64,000 nt of DNA, taken from the NCBI GenBank assembly GCA_010015805.1, contig ML978130.1:930001-994000 (forward strand), written 5' to 3'. Positions 63,207 through 64,000 of the stretch are shown here, one piece after another. The position numbers were made by a program, and so were the translations under genes. Source of the DNA: Rhizodiscina lignyota (lineage: Eukaryota). Below the pieces are notes generated by a model. The model saw only the letters and a list, made by a program, of their open reading frames with translations. It ran no database searches and had not been told where the DNA came from. Within the stretch, counting starts at the first letter, position 1; each line of letters opens with the position of its first letter.

Positions 63207-64000
63207 ATGTCTCCTTCAGTTGTTCAACCTTTGCCAATGGAAGGCACTCTGCCCGCTTCTTGGTACACCAGCCCAGATATATACGAGCTTGAGCGTCGCG
63301 CCATCTACTCGAAACATTGGCAGCTCTTAACCCACAAGATCCGAGTTCCAGAGGTGGGCTCATTCGTCCGATATGAAGCTGCTGGCTTCCAGTTCTTCAT
63401 TATCAAGGACCGTAAGGGCGAGGTCAACGCTTTCCATAACGTGTGCAGGCATCGAGCATATCCCGTAATTGAAAAGCCCTCGGGAAAAGCATCGATTATT
63501 GCTTGCAGGTACCATGGTACGATATTACTGCAGCGAAGCGGAGATCGAATATTGACGTGAGTAGGCTGGTCATACGGCTTGTCGGGGAACTTGGCAAAAG
63601 CGCCAGCCTTCAACGACGCCTCTGGATTCGACAAAGGTCAGTACTCTCTGTTCAAGATCCATACTCGTGTCGATAAGCGCGGATTCATTTGGATCAATTT
63701 CGACGCTTCCGAGACGCCGGTCCCCTGGGAAGAGCTGAACGAGAGCGTCGATGTGGAGCCTCGGCTCGATAAGTATGATCTGGAGAATGGCTACAAGTAC
63801 GACCATACGTGGTCGCTAAAAGGAAACTACAACTGGAAGGTGATGCAGATAATTTCAATGAGTGCTATCATTGCAAGACTAGTCATCCCGGCATTGCAGC
63901 AGTCACGGACCTCGACAACTACGCTGTGAAGCCTGCAACTGGCCGAATCGAGCACTACGCGCCGGGAAAAAAGAGAACTGAAGGAAGGACAATTTGGCCA
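63207..64000 (+). CDS. Rieske non-heme iron oxygenase alpha subunit (choline monooxygenase/CntA-like), truncated by window end, with an apparent 1-nt frameshift at ~63845
   Basis: TLPASWYTSPDIYELERRAIY, Rieske motif FHNVCRHRA..IACRYHG-(intron)-WSYGLSG, then NWK..ADNFNECYHC (mononuclear Fe site) in a shifted frame. Confidence 0.88.

Overview
Eukaryotic, intron-containing DNA from a filamentous ascomycete (Pezizomycotina; GT-AG introns of about 45-120 nt with CTRAC/CTAAY branch points). About 30 protein-coding loci. Housekeeping genes: YIH1/IMPACT, HAT2, XRN1, SPC3, VMA1 (no intein) and VPS1. Accessory loci: an isochorismatase/RutB-like hydrolase, two Zn2Cys6 transcription factors, a C2H2 zinc-finger protein, a But2-domain secreted protein, a sulfotransferase-like P-loop protein, two tandem F-box-like paralogs and a Rieske oxygenase cut by the window end. 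A putative catabolic cluster (cupin, GMC oxidoreductase, Fe-ADH, sugar MFS transporter, cyclase) lies at 34.9-44.3 kb. Most notable observations: (1) a gene fusing a WRKY/GCM/MULE-like Zn-binding domain to a nucleoside 2-deoxyribosyltransferase-like domain, head-to-head with a disrupted HeLo-like/NACHT NLR-type gene; (2) a 95-codon in-frame N-terminal extension of VMA1; (3) spliceable acidic exons just downstream of HAT2; (4) a 3-exon 10-Cys secreted knottin-like peptide only partly captured by the ORF track; (5) a ~410 bp foldback made of two inverted MITE-like units; (6) a solo integrase HHCC-domain gene. No tRNA, rRNA or CRISPR features were recognised. Family assignments come from motif recognition by eye, not database searches.
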